A DNA stretch of 64,000 nt from Yuukianura sp. NJ FZ-2021 (taxonomy: Eukaryota): the NCBI GenBank assembly GCA_046563655.1, contig CM102285.1, positions 3,286,001 to 3,350,000 on the forward strand, in the 5' to 3' direction. Every line of letters begins with the position of its first letter. Positions within the stretch are counted from its first letter, which is position 1. Both the position numbers and the translations under genes were made by a program. The notes below the pieces were generated by a model that worked only from the letters and a program-made list of their open reading frames with translations, did no database searches and was not told the origin of the DNA. Shown piece after piece: positions 13,401-28,400 of this stretch.

Positions 13401-16400
13401 ACACAGTTATTACTTAGTAGTGTTTTTGGGGATGAAATTATAGAGGGTAGGTTTGAATTTTTTTTTATCAAAATAAGTTGAATTCGGATGAGAATCTTTT
13501 TTTACTTTGAAAAGTTAGTCTGAAGTTTGAAACAGGAGAGGAAGAGGGATGAGAATAAAGCCAGAGGTCCTCATGGATGGAATTTTAATTTTGGGAAAAT
13601 GACTAGTTTCAAAAATTAAAAGGGGGCTGGCTGGAAGAAGAGAGGCAGAGGGATGAAAAAGGCCTTAAACTTTTCATAAGAAAGAAGAAACTTTTCATTA
13701 AAAAAAACTTTTCATGAAAAACCGGTTTTTTGGAGCACCCAATTTCTGGCGGTTGACAATTGCCGGCCTAAGGCCCCACAAATCAGTGGCTTCCTTTGCA
13801 GTCGTCTCTCTCCCTCAAAAACTGTGAGACTGACAGAACTTTTTAAAGATGGGAGTCAACTGTTTCATTTTTTATCATTTTCTAAAAATTGTTTTTCAAA
13901 AAAAAATTAAAAGTAAAAAGAACAGTCGTGAGACGCTGGAGGGCAAAGGTCGCTGATGCTCTCTTGTTTTTTCTTAAAAAAGAATTAAGAACGTTGTTTC
14001 AGAAATACCTGAGGTGAAAAGAAACACGAATTACGTCATCCATGCAATGGGTAAAATATTACGTGGTGTTATGTTAATTTCCTAGCTGTTTTAAATTTGC
14101 AAGTTACGTCATCTAAAATTGCCCCAAGAAACTTCCGCACTGTTTGATTGGTACTGTTAAAATAATTCGCGGTAACTAATCCAGATTACTTCCGCAGCAG
14201 ACCACCCAATTCCGGTGGATTTGTGAAAGTGTAGTATGTGAACAGCCCGGAAAGTGACGACGCTTGTGGCCAAAGTGTCGTGGTTCATCCTGATGAATCC
14301 TATGTCTGTGTCGTAAGGTTCTTAAGGTCGTGCGTTGTAACGTTCTGCCCATTTTCCCACCACAGCCATATCCACCCACCTTCCCAAGCTTCTTCTTGAC
14401 ACTTAATTAATGATCACTCATAAACTTCTCAGTCAAAGTCGCACTCCAAGAGGCATTTCGCATCAAATCCTCCTGACATGAAGCGAGTAGAGATGAGCTA
14501 AAGACGAGAGCTATTCCGTTGACACCCAGCTTGAGGCCCAACCCCGTGGTCATTAGAAGTGTCATCATAAACAAGAAACAATGGTGTCACATTTCACAGT
14601 CACGAACGCAGGAGACAGCAGGACAGTCGTTCTTTGCCTCAGAAAGGAAAACACTCATGGCCAAAACTCATTTCTTCACTAATTAATCCGAGTTTGGCCA
14701 TTGGCTGTGTAAGGTGCACAGTAATTATTTTTTTTACATTAAAAAAAATCGAAAATAAACTCAAATTAAAAATTATCTCAAACTGCTCTGGCTTTGGATT
14801 TTTCCATATTTTTTTGTTTAAGTTTTTTTTGTTTAATACGTATAATTTTTAAACGGTCATTTTTCGGTTTTGTTTTTTGAATTTTAAAAAGAAAGCGTGA
14901 GTGTGTTAAATTGAGAGTGGCGTGTTTCGAGGGTGGGTGATCGTAGGGGATGAAATTGGGTGGAAAAGCCGCTGTCTCCTGTTGTCATTGTCAATTTGTC
15001 ATGTTCCTGTGTCTTGTCACCCTTTCCGCACCCTCGCCCCATAGCAGGATCTTGTAGAAGGAGGGGAAGGGGTAGAGTCATCTCTAATCGCATCTTCCTT
15101 GATCTTCATTTGATTCATCTTTCACCCTCCCCCTCTTCTTCTAAATTGAAAACAAAAAGCTTACCAAATTAGTTGAAAATTATACTAGTCACAGAAATTA
15201 ATAAAATATCCGTGTCATTTATTTTCAAAAACTTAATTCAATTTCAAAACACTTTTCAGCAACAAATCTGAGTCATGCTTGCTTCATTTCTTATCTCTAA
15301 TTAAACTTGTCTTCAACTTTAGTTTTTAAGTTGCTTAAATTAGGAAGCAATCATGTTTCTGAATTTTATAAAAAGTATTTCTTCTGTTGAACAGAAAATT
15401 TGAAAAAATTACTCAAGCGGCTTTAACTTTCAAAATTTGTTACCATTTTAAAAAGTTTTTACTAACAGTACCAAAGTCTCATTTTTTTTCTTTTTGTTTG
15501 AGAGAAAGTTTTTTCCTGTTTTTTTTTTCTAAGTTTGCGTTTTAAGTTGGTTAGGCTGCTTTTAGTTTCTTAGGTTGAATGAAAATTTGTTTTGGAGGGA
15601 GTAACTGACTTTGTATGTGCAATTTCAGCACGTGGAATTCTCTCGCATTTCCACACTTAGTTTTGGTGTGTGAAGTCTCTTTGGAGGGAGTAACTAAACT
15701 CTATGTGTAATTTTGGTGTGTGAACAACTTTAGATTTACAGATGTGTTTGAAGTAAGTGTAGAGATGCTAAAGTTGGAGATGAAACAATTAGATAGTTGA
15801 GGAGCGTCTCCGGGTCGTCGGGGTCACGAGAGGATTGTAGTTGGTAGGAGCTGGCTAAAGTGGAAAGTAAGTAGATTAGGTTTGCCCTGAGCTCATGAAT
15901 TATAAATCCTCCCCTTTTATTCCTATAATATTTTTTTAATCAACTTTCTCCACTTTCTCTTCATAACTTCAACTTGTACTTCCAACTTCTGTTGTGGCTC
16001 TGAGAGTAACTTCTATATTTTAAATTTCCCTCTCTTGTTTTGCCTAAACTCTAATTTGTCCAACACCCAGCCAAATTGGAGTTACAACAAAACTTTAATT
16101 TTGAGAACTTTCTCTTGTAAGAGAGAGTCAGACAAGGAAAGTTTTAGTGTATTTCATTTTCAAAACTTGGAATAATGCTGGTGTAGCTTTACAATTTGGA
16201 AATTTGGAGCCGGAGTCGATGTCTATATTGTTTGAAATGGTTTAGTTTCATCTTTGTCTAGGAAATATTTTAATGGGATGACACATGGATGAGGAGAGCC
16301 TTCCATCTTGGAGGGGCGTTTTATTTTATGTCTAAATTTTAAAGTTTGGCGGGTGATGATGAGAAATTTGAAACAGGAAGAAATGAAGGATCTCCATCAT

Positions 16401-19400
16401 AGCGGGATCTCCTAGGAGACGAGTAGTGAAAGCCGTGAAGCGTCCCAGAGCCTTGCGTTAATTACAAGAGGCTTCTGTCTATTGATTTTAGAAGAGGGTT
16501 CATTAGGAGAGAGGCTTCCAAAGTCCTAGTGGGAAATCTCTTCACATGGCTAAACGAAAAGTCCCTAACTGCAGTAACCGGACACTTCTGCACGGTCGAC
16601 AATGTACGATTCGTAAACGACGACCTTCATTAACTGCCAGTTTAGAACGATGTCATTTATGCACGGTCTCCTTGGTACACCATATTGCCTAGATTCAGTA
16701 CGTTTCTCACATGGCGGTTAATGAGTTTCCGTGCACGAAATTCCGGAAACGTTCCTGAATGCTGAAATTTTCGGGAAATGTGAAAGTTTGAACGAGTGGG
16801 AACATGAGGGATGGGAACCCTCAAAAAGTCCAATCCAATGGGAGTCATTCATTGAAAAATTTCAAACTTTCCCTCCAACTTCATCATAAAGTTTTTGGAA
16901 ATATGAATTCATTCTCAGCTCTCCCCTAAAATGCACTTTATACTTTCCATTTCTTCCGGATAAGTTTTGAGTTCTTACTTTTGTAATACATTTTCATTTG
17001 CTCAGTCATCCGGAAAATCTCTAGGGGAAAGGAGAATCCGGACTGTCCAACTGGACTTAACTTGCTTAAGAATTTGAAAAAGGAAATTTAGAAAGTTTTC
17101 AAAATTTGAATTCTCTTAATCAACTCAACTGAAAATTTGAATTCAACTTAATAATTCGACCTGAACCAATAAGTTTAATCCTTACTTTGAAAATAGAACC
17201 GCAAAGGACTTTTCCTTTTCAGAGAAAAAAATCCACTTTACTTTGAAATTCGTTCAATTTTCTGGTTTTTAGCATTTTAAACTTTGAAATTTTTTATGCG
17301 ATAAAAAACACGGATTTTATTTTCCATTATTTTCATTTTCCAAGTCATATTGAACTTCCAAACGTAAAAATAACAAAAATTTAAATTCGATAGAAAAATT
17401 CCTTCAATTTTTTTTTTTGAAATTTTAATTTCCGCAGCTTAATTTTTATCAGTTTCAACATCCACACCAATTATCAACAAATCCGGAGTCAATTTTTAAC
17501 CTGAAAATTTAAATCCCAAACTCTCTATTTATTAGAGTTTTTTTTAGTTAAAGTTAATTGCAAAAGCGCTAAAAACCGATATCTCTGGCGACTAAACTGA
17601 TAGTAATTACATCGTTAGTCGAAAAAGTTAATTATCGCAGGAGTTTACCTGCGAGACACGATTCCAGTAAAAATTGACGCATCCAGCAGAACTTCCATTT
17701 CCGTTCAATTCACGTTAGAAACCACCAAAGGGGTTTAGACCATAAGCAATTTTTCTCATTTTTGTTAGTTTTTCTCGTTTCTCGTTTTTTCTTCCAGTTT
17801 TCTAGTCTATAAGATCAGGAAAGCCAAACGATATGGGACTCATGGACGTAGCTCCCTACGCGCCTTCTGGATCCGAGGATTGATGACCATTCAGGGAAAT
17901 TACAGTGGAGGTCTAAACTGATACGGATGGACATGGACAGACATATATCGTCTGCCACTTTCTCTCCCGCTCTCCCTTCGAATTATTATCTATCTCCTAC
18001 CAATCTATGCTTTATGGCTCTGTGGCACACACAATCAAAAGGTATGCCACACAAATCTCCATTTGGACGAGTCGTGGTGGGGCTCCAACCCACCGTGGTG
18101 GATCCAAAAAACGCCAAGGTGCAAGATCAATACTTTCTCCGGCCTCTTTCCCTCCTCCCTTCATCATTTCCTCACACTTTTTTACGTGTGAAAGAGACTG
18201 TTTGGGTTAGACTTTTTTGAAGGTGCCCAGAGCACTGGCTGGGCAGTTTGGAAAAAAGCGGGAAAAAACGAAAATCTTGTTTGTAATTCCAGTCGCTTTC
18301 TCCTTGGGAGAAAAAACGACAAACAGGACCCCCTCCTGCCGTCGCGAATGCCCGCAGAGACCTTTAGTCTTAAATATTTCAGAAAACAATTGGAGAGGAG
18401 CAGCACTGGAGGAACATTAATTTGTTCGAGGCTCGCTTGCTCCTTAACCTTATTAGTTTTTTCTTCCAGTGACTCGTTCTGCACTGGGGTTCTATGAATA
18501 ATATTCCCCAAGGGGAACGGAGACTAATTAACCCTTTGAGCAGTGATCTCCTCAGTCCTACGGTAGAAAACATGCCTATCCTAGCCTAAACCTAACCTAA
18601 ACTAAACCTGACCTGGAATCTTAAGATAGCAGTGGTCACGTTTGGAGTTAACTAACCAAGGAATGGGGTTTGTGGAATTGTGTCCAGTGAAGCGTCACGG
18701 CTTCATTTTGTTCGTGCGGCGAGGGGGATTCGATCCTACGGCCCCTTGAAGGGCCCATTTCCAAAACTTCTGCGGAGAGCCGCTTCGCTCCTTCCCTTGG
18801 CTAACAAAGAAGGATCATAATAATATTTTGACTCAGTCTGTGATTTATGACTGTGTGCCTTAATGTTATTATGTAATGGAGGAGGGACAAACCTTTATGG
18901 TAGAGATGCAGTAGTGGTCCATTAGGTGATCTTCTCAGCATCTCTCAACCTAGTAACCAGAGAAAACATTCCTAGAAGATGCGGAGATTCCTGAGACACT
19001 TCGGACTTCTTTTCTACTCTTCATCTGTATCACGCCGTTTTGAAGAAAGCGGGACTCGAACCCACGGCTCTCCGCTGAAAGGCTTACGCTCATTCCATTT
19101 CGATGCTGTAGATTCGCCGTAGGCCAATGGAAAATCATTTTCAAATCTCGGATTTGTATCATTTTTAACAATAGTTTGCTTATTAGGTCTGTAGTTTCAA
19201 AAATGGTTGTCTATTTGGAAAACAATAAAGTTATAAACTTTTTTTTTTGTAATTAAAAAAAAGAAATAATTTTATCATTTTATATTTCGAGCGTTGCGAA
19301 TTCTAAATATATGAGCCTGTTCAACTACGGGACACATCGCAAACGAGATAAATTTTATTTTGATTTTTTTTTAATTTTTCAAAATTTGGTTTGAAACTGA

Positions 19401-22400
19401 TCATTGCAGTTTTTCACAAGTGACTGCTGTGCTACATAACGTGCATTGCGCAATATGAACTTTGGAGGTATGCTGTTTTTGGAAAATTTGGCGTTTACAG
19501 AACCCCCACTTAACCTTGTCGGATTTCTTGTCATTTTGAGAATAAGTAAGTTTAGAAAGCATTCCAGCGTAAATAGGCATGAAATTCTGGTAGTAGTGGT
19601 GCTAAATCCCAACACTTGAAAGTGTCAGAAGCTTTAACAGAGAAGCTCATGTGTCCCTTTGGGGATTTCCGAAGACTTTCAATCTGTCCAAGTACATTTG
19701 GAAGTTAAGGTTAGAGATGCAACAACAGAAAATGTTAGGGTGAATGTGTAAGATACTTTGAGAATATTGAGCATGAGACTACGTAATTTGACGGAGGTGG
19801 TGTGGGGATACATTTCTGTGGTGAGGATAATCCCAAAGTGTCAAGACGGAAAGTCGTAAAGGTTGGCGCTTACAATTTGAAAACTTTAAAAAAAAGTTTT
19901 GTACTTTACACTATGTACTATGCACAAGGGAAAACCAGGTTTTAGAAAGTGAGTGACAAGTGTAGTGAGGGACGCAACAGTGTCAGGGCAGTTGTCACGA
20001 CGCTTGTGTTATTTCTGATCGTGATTTTGCATAAAATCCTAACGTTGTGTCACGGGCTACGGCACTCTGTCTTCCTTCACTTTTGACCTGAGAAAGATGT
20101 AAATTCAAAAATTCATGTTTTTCTTTTGAAAGGCGCGCGAGGCATAAAGGTTAGGTTTAGACACTATGTTTAGCCAAGAAAGTTAGGTTAGACAAAAAGA
20201 TGTATGGCAAAAAGTGTAGGGAAATGGTAGTTTTGAAGGAGCCATTGATAGTCAGAAGATTCATCCAATTGCGGGAATGCTCACATTGCCTATGCATGTA
20301 TGCAGATTGGAATGGACACTTTATGCAGAGTCAGTCAGTCACTCCAGGAAGGTTTTCAAGGCACTTCATAGGAATTGAACAGACGCTTAGACTTCTGCTT
20401 TTGGCATGGCAGAGTTAGAAGTGACGTTTTGAGCAACCAGCGCCAATGTTTGAGTTGAGTTAAAAGTGCCATTTTAAGTCTGGTCAAGGTTACTATAGCA
20501 ACGGAATACTTTTGAGTCAGACCTTGAGTCTGGTCATGAACTTCTTTTTACTAAAAGTAAAAAAAGATTCTTGGACTGTTCAAGTCTTTGACTTTTTTGA
20601 ATTTCTTTGACAAGTCTTTTGAAATTTCAAAACCTAAGTTTTAGAGAGTATAAGAGAAAGCAAAAATTGAAAGAAATTCCACATGCCACTTGACAGTGTA
20701 TATAGTGTCCCAGAGTGTCAATGGGCATGACTCTTCTATTTTTGACTCTTTTGTAATGGACTCTCTGGACGAAGGGTACCACTTTAGTGGACTTGTCAAG
20801 GGCCTGGAATGGGATAATAACCGGATGATTTCAAAAAAGGGACACCGTGTAAGTGTCCGGAGTCACCGTAAAGTTACGGGGCATTCGTGCTCGGACTTTC
20901 CGTCACCGACTGACTTTTGCATCACATTTGGACAAAGTTCGTTGAGAGCTAATGACACCGTAGTTAAAAGTATTTGTAACATTTTTGGCTCTCGAGGTGC
21001 ACAAAATTTCAATGTTACAATTAGGTTGTTCAAAGTTTAGTTTGCATTTTTGAGATGTTTTTCTGAAAATTTGTGATTTTGTGAATTGCAAAGTTACGGT
21101 CCGAGTTTTTCCGTTCAAAAGCCTTCTGACATGTCAAACCTAACTATGGATACAAACCTTTAAGTCCACTCATGGTGGATGATTTACTGGAAATGACGAG
21201 TCTTATTGAGCAGTTAGAGTGGATAAGTGTCAAGTCACTTTTTGAGCTCAATTTGAGGATCATTGTTGACGGCTACTTTTGTCATGATAGGACATGACGG
21301 GACAGGTGTCATATGAGGATGCGCAGTGACTAAGCAATTCTTGACGCAGTACAATAAGGTTAAGGCTAACAGACACTTATATAGGGCACAATACCCTAAC
21401 ATACACCTAACCTTAACAATGCCCATCTCCGTTTAGAAGAAATTCTGGAGACAATGCCCATCTCTGTGGCTGAAGGGAGGGAATATTCTCCCCAGAGACA
21501 ATGGAGATGAGCTTGGACTTATGTTCAAAAAGAAATAAGGCTCATCATATATGTGGACGAGTCACTATTGGACAAAAGAATCCAGAACACTTCTTCCTAA
21601 AGAACTTTTAGCTCAACATTTTTTTTTTCAAAAAAGTCCAATTTTTTAAGAAAGTCCAATTTTTCTAGCTGCCACCGCACTCTGTTCCAATATCCTTTCC
21701 CCATCAATTTCCCTAAAAAGGGCAATTTGAATAAAGAGTTTCTCCCCATGTTTTTTCGTGGTTGGAAATGGGCGTCGAGGGAGTAACTATCCAACTTTCT
21801 CCTTGTGCTGGTCAACTCATCGACAAATGGGCCATACGTTTTGAAGCTAACCTTACGTTAGACGGGAAAAGAAAGTAAACCTAATGGTCACAAGAAAGGA
21901 TAATAGGGAGTGGAGTAGTTTTATGGCACTGCCAAAATAGTTACATTATTAGGCAAAGGAAATAAATCTTAGGAAAGGACAGGCATTTACGAGGGAAAAG
22001 TCAAAGGATTCGACAGAAAACCTTTTTCCTTCTCGCTTTCTTTCTTCCGTGAAGTTTTGCCAGGAGCAAAATGGGCGGAAAACCAATTTATTCATACTCA
22101 TCTCCATCCACAACTTGTCTCGTGGCATTTTTCTCTGCGTTATAGAGGTCAACGACCTCAGGAGCGTGTCGGCCGACGTCGTAGTACCAGTGTAAGCAGG
22201 AGAAAGCATATACCACCTAATCTAATCCCCAACAACAACTAACCCAGTTAGTTTAAAAAATTTTCTGAAAAAAATTTAATGACGAATTGAATTTTTAACC
22301 TACGCAATATTCTATAATCCTAAAGCTTTTATAATCCAACATATACTTATGTTTTAGTTAATTTTCAACATACGCAGAGCTATGTATCGTTCCAGTGTAG

Positions 22401-25400
22401 AACAGTATATCGTGGAGTTTGGTACGTTAGAGTATGTTATGATATCGGACGGTGTAAAATAATGTTAGGTTAGTGTAAAACGAAGTTTTTTGCATAACAT
22501 TTTCCAATTGTTGATCTGGTTCCATTGTGGAACAAGTTTTGTAAAATTTTGAATTCGGCTATACACATTCATCGCTTAAGAGTAAATTGGATTTTCATTT
22601 GAATTCGTTTTACAAAATCTTGAATTCTGTCTTAAATTGTGTAGTTAGGTAAAGGTAGTGGTTGCCGTAATGGGTTTTGTTTACTAATCTCGCAATAGAC
22701 TTTCCGGTAAAATGCTAAAAAAAAATTTCTTTTCGGAGTTTGAGTAGCGCTTTAGGCTTAGAAAGTGGTCCAGGAAGGAAGAGATCGGAGTCTGTGCTAC
22801 GATCAATAGCCTAAACATTCCAATGTGCCAGATTTTTTTAGTTGTTTGAAAGGAAACGAGGGATGATAAAGTAGGGTTTAGTAAGTGGGTTCCTCCTTGA
22901 TGTGATGTATGATCTATTACTTCTTGAATTATGTATGCATCCACATGGTTTCAGAAGATGTTGCAGAGAATATATTCTGCCTAACTTATATTTTTCATGT
23001 GCTTGAGCTAAAGGCTTGTGTTCTATGCGGGGGGTAGTTTGAGGACGTAAATGCACAGTAATGCTTCTTTTTCATTGTTGTGAAACTAATGAAATTAAAA
23101 TGGACACAATTAATGGAACTGAGAGAACTGACTGCTTCAATGATGTTCTTAATTACAGAAACTTCGTTGCTCCGCTACTGGATGCGATTGTACAAATTTT
23201 GTAGCAGCCAAGGATCGTCTGAGGACGTGTGATGGATGCAGTCACTCCTGGATTACTCACCGTAAGTTCTTATTTTAATTAACAGATTTGGTTAACACAA
23301 TTCAAAAGGGAAAAAAAATATAATAGAAAACAAACCGAAACTAAAAAAAAAAAGTTTCGAAATTTGACAAAATGAAAAGTGAGTAAAAACATAATGTTGG
23401 TTTGGATGAGGATTTAGATGTTCTCTGTAGCAAAGTTTTCGGGTTTTGTTAAAAATTTCATACTTTTAGGAAAAAGAAAAGAAATTTTCATTTTGATTTT
23501 TTTTTGTACATTTGCTTAGGTATTACGGAAAATGCTATGTTAAAAATGTTCCCGCAGAACTTTTTATGTTTTTATTGCGTCGCATTTCATTTTAATCGCG
23601 CGAAACAAAAGTAAGTTTTTCTTCCCGTAATTAGTTGTATTCGAACTGAAAAAATTTGAAAAAGGCGTAGCGGGAGTGGACTACCTTTAATTATTTTCCT
23701 GCGCATGAGCAGTTGACCTTTAGCATTAACTTCAGAGTCATTGCCTCTCCTGAATGACCTCACCTTCATTCGTTTGGGACAAATTGCTGTTTTGTGGAGG
23801 GCGTCTTTTTGTGCTGTTCATTCCCAAGAGAATTAAAAAAAAAGTCCACTGAAAAGGCGAGTAACGACTTCCACCCAAGAAGTGATGGCCATGCAACTGG
23901 CGTATCTCGAGGTGTTAATCTTTACACTTGTGTAAGATTTGTCCTCTGACCCGTGGACCCTAATTAGTCTGCCCAAGGACTCGAGTCCAACCAGCACCGC
24001 ATCCGTCTGCGCATGACACCGTGAACTGCTGCTGTAGCTCAATTTATGAGGACAAGGAGGCAATTTTTTGAGATTTTGGACATGACAATTCCGTGATTCT
24101 GCACAGTTGAGAGATCCCAACTGAAATCACGGCTAGCATACAAATAAGACATCTTCCGCCACGGTTTGTGCTTTAAGCATTAGAGGTCATCTCACATCTT
24201 CAAAAGCTAATGCCACCAGGACTACATACCTCTTAACGTAGAAAATGTAACTTTACGTGTAATGTCGACAGAAATGGCGATAATTATAAGGCTCCAAGTT
24301 GAAGGTCCACTGACTAGAATTAGTGCACAAAGACACACTTCCGTGCCCATCCTCACATCTTCACTCTTTTTTCAAATTGTGGCTCTGCACGACACCAATA
24401 ATTAAAAGTTCACTGCGCATCGCTTCACAGAATTTCAAGCACCGTGAAGCACGTATGAAGAATTTTTGAAAAGCAAAGTTTTTTAAATTTTGGTTTTTGG
24501 GTTGTGACGCTCATCCGGACATGGCAAAAGTTACATTTAAAAAAAATTCGTATCTCGCAGTTACTAATGAAATATGTTAAGTGTTCGTGTGTCTGATTGC
24601 CTATGTGATACTAATGAAAAGTTCCAGCGTTTGTATGTCTGCTCACCCGGCGTATTTTGCATTGGTTCTTGGCATTGGTGACGTTGAAAGTTTAATTTTG
24701 AGATGCAAGTTCATTTTCCCGCCATAAGCAAGTAGCCAGTACATGTTAGGGTGACTTGAGAAAGAAGCCGTAAAAGCCTAATTTTTGTTGAAAACGTTAT
24801 GTTCAATTTTTTTGAATGTTTGATGTTTCGGTTGAGGTGGCACAGCGATTAGCACTAGGACGTTTTCGGTTAGCCGCTACCGCTGTTTCTCTTTGTCCAC
24901 ATTGACAAAGGCGACGCCTTAGGCTAGGTCTGGGCTCTGGTCCAAGACTATTTTGATTTGTTAGCATTTGGACAGTGACTTTTAGCATGGTCTTTTGAAA
25001 AGAAATGTTCGAGGCGGGTCTTTCGAATGAAGAATGGAAGAATGCCTGGTAGCTGTGAAAAGGAGTCAAAATGTTTGAGAGTAATTCACACGTCTCTGTA
25101 CGTTACGCAACTTAAAGGAAAAGATCATCATTCTTTTGTCGGATCATTGTTGAACTTAGGAGGACTTACAAATGGAAGTCAAAAAATTTTAAAAGACGCT
25201 CTCTCCTCTTTTTCAACAGCAGCGTTCAAATAGAAATAATTTGATTTTTATTATATTGTGGAGACCCTTGAAGGACTCCGGACTTAAGTGCTCCCTCTCT
25301 CACAGAAGATGGGATTAGGATATCGTTTTGTGTCGAGGGAGTGACAGAAGGGCTCCGAAGTCCTTTAAGATGACGAACTTGTCTCTCTGATGCCCACTTA

Positions 25401-28400
25401 GTGCTTCTCGTGTCTTGATAGTCTGAAAGATATCTGAAGAGGGCCATCCAAGTACTTGGATCTTCGGATGACATGACAGGTTTTTAGCCAACTTTTGGTT
25501 AATATTTAAACTTATAAGAGGAGGAGAGAGTTACAGGATTGGATTGAACATGAGTCCACTCCCGCAGGATACAAAAGTCTTCTTCAAAGTGTCATTCATC
25601 TCCAAACCAAAGCCCTAACATGACAGAGCATTTTATTCCTTCAAGTTTTGTGGACATGACATGACGACTCGACAAAAAAAGTCTCTCCCAACACTAATTT
25701 TATTTCAAAATAAAACTCCATGGCGCATGCGTCTCTTGCTCAAAACAAACACAAACGCAGCACCAGTGGTGTCTGAGAGCGTATTTTTAGCCTTTCGAAC
25801 TCACTTCGAAAAAGGTTTTTCCATTTCGGGCGTTACATACCGCACGGCAAAAACTGAAACTGCTGCAAAAAAAAATTTGAAAAAAATTATATTCATATTT
25901 TAAAGAAAAAGAAGCAGAAATCTTAATTTGTTAGATGTACTTTAAGTGTTTGTGTGAAAATATAACAAACATATTTTTGAGAACGCTGGCTTTGCCATTT
26001 AAAACTTTTAAGAAGCGTCGCTACTTGAACACTTACGTTGTTGCTTTACATATGTTGCTTATGTTATACAACTTGAAATCGTTTATTAGGAAATTTTCAA
26101 AAAAAAATTCGACGATGGATTGCTTCTGAGTTTGACTAAAATTTACTAAAATTTTTTAATGTAGGCGGATGAGACAGAGTTTTTTTCTGAAATAAATTTC
26201 TTGGAATAAAATGAGTTCAACTGCGGGTTAAATTAGATGTCAAGACACGCCTCGGTTGGTTTCGTCAGTTTGAGTATCTTTTGTTACGTCTACGTGGTTT
26301 TTGGACCAAGAGAGACTCGGACACTGTCTGACTGTGAACTCTGAACTTATTTGAAACTCCAAAGAGACTTAATAACGACTCCACTTAAGTTGGATCACTT
26401 AAAATGAAAAACGAGTTCAGAATTTACAAGTAGGAAAAGGAAACTCTTGGACTCCAAACAATTAACTCCCTTTCCTCCAACAATCCATTTTTCCAACTAC
26501 TCTTTTTTACACAAAATATCTACCGCTTTTCTTGTGTAACTTTTTTTTTGCCCATTTCATTCCAACCTTACAACCTCTTTGTTTTTTTTTTCTCGTCTGG
26601 AAACAACTTTTCGAGCAATCCGAAAAGTCCAAGTTTCACTTTTCATCCGGTCAAAAGTCTACTATGCTTGGGTACAAGCAGCGATTTTTTTTCCAATTTA
26701 AAAAATTCCTTGTCTCTTACTAAAGTAGACTCATGGACGGATTTTTGTGGACGAAAGAGTCGATGGACGTAACTTTCATGGACGTCCATTAATAAACATT
26801 TTTGAAGTTTGCATTTTATTGATCTGACATGATTCCATACCAAGGTTACTATAGCGACCATTTATACTAAAATGGCGTAAGAGGTTATGTCATAACTCCG
26901 AATTTTCAAAATAAACAAGAAAAACAACTTTTGGACGAATTTTGGACGAATTTTGTTGATTTTCACAATAATCTTTTAAATTTCACGTTGCTGAGTCATA
27001 GTTTTGATTTCGAATTGCTAACGCAACGGAGCCGCGTCAGAAGTGCGGTTCCAAAAATTTGAAAAAGAAAATAACGGAGTTTTGACATAACCTTCTAAGC
27101 AAAAATAACAAAATTTCGAGTTAAACAAGCTTGATTCCATACCTAGTTCATATTAAGTAGTATTCCAGAAATCCGTCCATAGACGTCGTTGCATGGACGG
27201 AAATTTGTGGACATGATTATACGAAACTCTATACGAGCTTAGAAGTAGCGCCGAAATTTGAATTTGGCGGCAATAAGCCATTGTCACCCAGAAAATTTTG
27301 TCCATGGACGATTCTTCTTGCCGTCCGGTGGAATCCGTCCATGAAGGTCCTGTTGGCCTTAAAGTAGTATCGTTTCAGTTTTTTTTCTTTGATGATGAGA
27401 AGTGCTTTTATCCAGAACAGAACCTGATTCGAAATGTGTGCTTCTATGCAATTAGACTTGTTCACAAAGACATAATTTATTGTTGTCTTGTTTGGATCAT
27501 ACATACAGATAACAATGAAAGTAATAAGAGCAGTAAGTAGTTGTGCTGCGAAGCGAACAGCTCACGTCTGCGTCTGCGCAGAGCTGCGTTCACCCCGATT
27601 CGCTTCCGTCATTGATTTCATCTCGCCAAGTTCAAGAAACTCTCTGTTGTTGAGTAAAAGTTTAGTCTCAAAGACTTTTCTTAGACTTTCGGTTGATGTT
27701 AGGTTAGGCGCGTCCTATAGGTTTTTGGTTTTAAAAGAAACTGAACTTGACACGTAGTTTGTTCTTGTCAGGAGCCCAGTGTCAGGTTTGTTCAGTAGTT
27801 GTATGGAAGTAGGTCCACTTTACTCTTTTATCAACTGAGTAATTGACAGAAACGAAGGGAAGCCAAGGGAATTGATTTCCAAGGAAATTAGACTCTTAGG
27901 CCTCCCAAAAGTAGTTGGACATCAATCAATATGGCAGAAAACCAACTTTGAAAATTCTCTCTTCGTTTTTTGATAAGAAAATTCCAATGTTCGGTTTACT
28001 CTGTGGCGATATCGGTTAGATCTTTCAGTTTTCCAAAGGCTATCCGATTAATAATCGGAAACCATTTTTCGTCTATCGCGTTTCGTGTCAAAGTGAGAAT
28101 CGTTTTTACTTTCGCATTTAACTTTTCAGTTGCACAATTTCTGATCCAAAAAGAATAAAGTAAAAGTAAATTTTTACAATTTAACCAAAATCTCAAAATA
28201 GTCTAACTGAACTCTTTCAGAATTTGAAAAACGAAAATTTTTCAAGATTTGGAAAACGGAAATTTGAGTATTTTCTAAAACTTATCTCAAGAAGTTATTC
28301 TTTGGCACGTTTTAAACCAGTTTATGTTAGGCCGTACTATGCAGTACGTTGAAGTGTAAATGCAATGATGCTGAAAGCGAATACGGTGGACGGATATTCA

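Noticed and set aside
14176-14379. His/Arg-rich minus-strand ORF
   Set aside because: It has a non-ATG start, no splice context and no recognised homology.
19049-19115. Functional tRNA gene
   Set aside because: Only the T-arm/B-box is good; the acceptor and D stems do not pair convincingly.
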